NCBI GenBank assembly: GCA_902826755.1
Contig: CADEGB010000001.1
Span: forward strand, 1-63,831
Direction of reading: 5' to 3'
Length of the DNA: 63,831 nucleotides
Source of the DNA: an uncultured Gemmatimonadota bacterium
GTDB lineage: Bacteria; Gemmatimonadota; Gemmatimonadetes; Gemmatimonadales; GWC2-71-9
Part shown: positions 63,102 to 63,831 of the stretch, piece after piece
Numbering within the stretch: position 1 is the first letter of the stretch
Layout: each line of letters begins with the position of its first letter
The notes under the pieces: generated by a model
What the model saw: the letters and a program-made list of their open reading frames with translations, nothing else
Databases searched by the model: none
Told to the model about the DNA's origin: nothing
Program-made: the position numbers and the translations under genes

Positions 63102-63831
63102 GTGATCGGGATCATTCGAGGCCCCGTGACCGTCGCCGCGGTCGTGTCGGCCGGCGAGCGGGCCAACTTGGAGGCCGCGGGCGTCGGCTGCTTTGCCGTG
63201 GTCCATCGGCCTTCCCTCCCCGAAGCCTTGCGAGTCGTCCGGGAGCGGCCGGTCGACGCGGTCGTGTTCTCGGTGCACGAATGGCGCGGCAACGAGGTCG
63301 ACGAGATCGACAACCTGGTTCGGCGCTTTCCGGATATCCCAACGGTTGCCTTACTGACACGGACCGATCCCCACACCCCCGAGACCCTGCTCCGTCTCGG
63401 GGCCACTGGTGTTCGCCACGTGGTAGATGTCACCGGCCCCACCGGCTGGTCCCGACTCCGGCGGCTCCTGGCCGAACCCGCCTCGCGGCCGGCTGCTCGG
63501 ATCTTTTCCCGGGTTACCGACTCGTTGCCGGATTTGCCGCCGGACACCCGCGTTTTCCTCGAACTGATGGTCCGGCTCGCACCGATCACCCCCATAGCCC
63601 GCCAACTCGCAGCCGAAACCCGGCTCCGGCCAAGCACCCTGATGTCGCGATTTGCCCGGGCTGGAGTGCCCTCGCCCAAGACCTACATGGCGGCACTCCG
63701 GTTGCTCTACGCTGCCCAGTACTTCGAGAACGAAGGCCTGTCGATCTCGGATGTGGCGTACCGGCTGGAGTGCTCCTCACCGCAAAGCTTCGGCCGACAC
63801 GTGCGGGCCATGCTAGGCATCACGCCTGGGG
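63102..63831 (+). CDS. Receiver-like N-terminal domain plus AraC-type HTH regulator, 3'-truncated by the window edge
   Basis: This is my own translation and is not in the ORF track because there is no stop inside the window. GTG at 63102 is the first start after the in-frame TGA at 63054, and AGGAAC lies 6 nt upstream. The C-terminus reads IARQLAAETRLRPSTLMSRFARAGVPSPKTYMAALRLLYAAQYFENEGLSISDVAYRLECSSPQSFGRHVRAMLGITPG, an AraC HTH_18 pattern. Confidence 0.75.
   Translation, partial: MIGIIRGPVTVAAVVSAGERANLEAAGVGCFAVVHRPSLPEALRVVRERPVDAVVFSVHEWRGNEVDEIDNLVRRFPDIPTVALLTRTDPHTPETLLRLGATGVRHVVDVTGPTGWSRLRRLLAEPASRPAARIFSRVTDSLPDLPPDTRVFLELMVRLAPITPIARQLAAETRLRPSTLMSRFARAGVPSPKTYMAALRLLYAAQYFENEGLSISDVAYRLECSSPQSFGRHVRAMLGITPG

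Noticed and set aside
62942-63679. 245-aa minus-strand ORF at the right end
   Set aside because: The plus-strand frame from GTG 63102 encodes a clean AraC HTH and has an SD-like AGGAAC. The minus-strand ORF is S/R/T-rich noise.

Overview
High-G+C bacterial chromosomal window with about 58 protein genes and 1 structured RNA, mostly core housekeeping loci.

It contains the replication-origin neighbourhood: mnmE-yidC-yidD-rnpA-rpmH on the minus strand, diverging from dnaA-dnaN on the plus strand. A likely oriC lies in the dnaA-dnaN spacer.

A long co-directional plus-strand block runs upp, beta-CASP RNase, DUF218, Nudix, holA, TPR/SPOR, mutS, TonB_C lipoprotein, cystathionine beta-synthase, ddl, rhomboid, HExxH protein, CDGSH. 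Many junctions in it are 4-nt GTGA/ATGA stop/start overlaps.

A type-A RNase P RNA (rnpB, minus strand, about 59341-59721) is absent from the ORF track and is covered there by spurious ORFs. rpmH (53 aa) is also absent from the track.

The left 8.8 kb is the 3' part of a giant DUF11-repeat surface protein. It has at least 13 tandem modules of about 124 aa. It ends in a beta-strand-rich, OMP-like region that is split by a reading-frame break near nt 7860.

Other accessory-looking content:
- a five-gene ECF sigma/anti-sigma cluster in which both the anti-sigma factor and a putative outer-membrane protein carry E-set/CBM48-like domains (19785-23173)
- an RHH-antitoxin/MazF-toxin pair followed by about 1 kb of atypical, poorly coding DNA (28556-30111)
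- two orphan FtsX/MacB-type permeases
- a TetR/RibD_C-reductase divergent pair sharing a perfect 24-bp palindrome
- a Ser/Thr kinase with a large TPR ectodomain, divergent from a receiver-like/AraC regulator that runs off the right edge
- many secreted peptide-degrading enzymes (Tat-M19 dipeptidase, amidohydrolases, D-aminoacylase, tricorn protease)

Gene content (ADOP-type permease, tricorn, sortilin-like BNR protein, DUF11 giant protein) suggests a Gemmatimonadota/Acidobacteriota-like diderm. This is inference only.

I saw no CRISPR array, tRNA, rRNA, transposase or integrase. All family calls rest on motifs read by eye from the translations. No database search was run.
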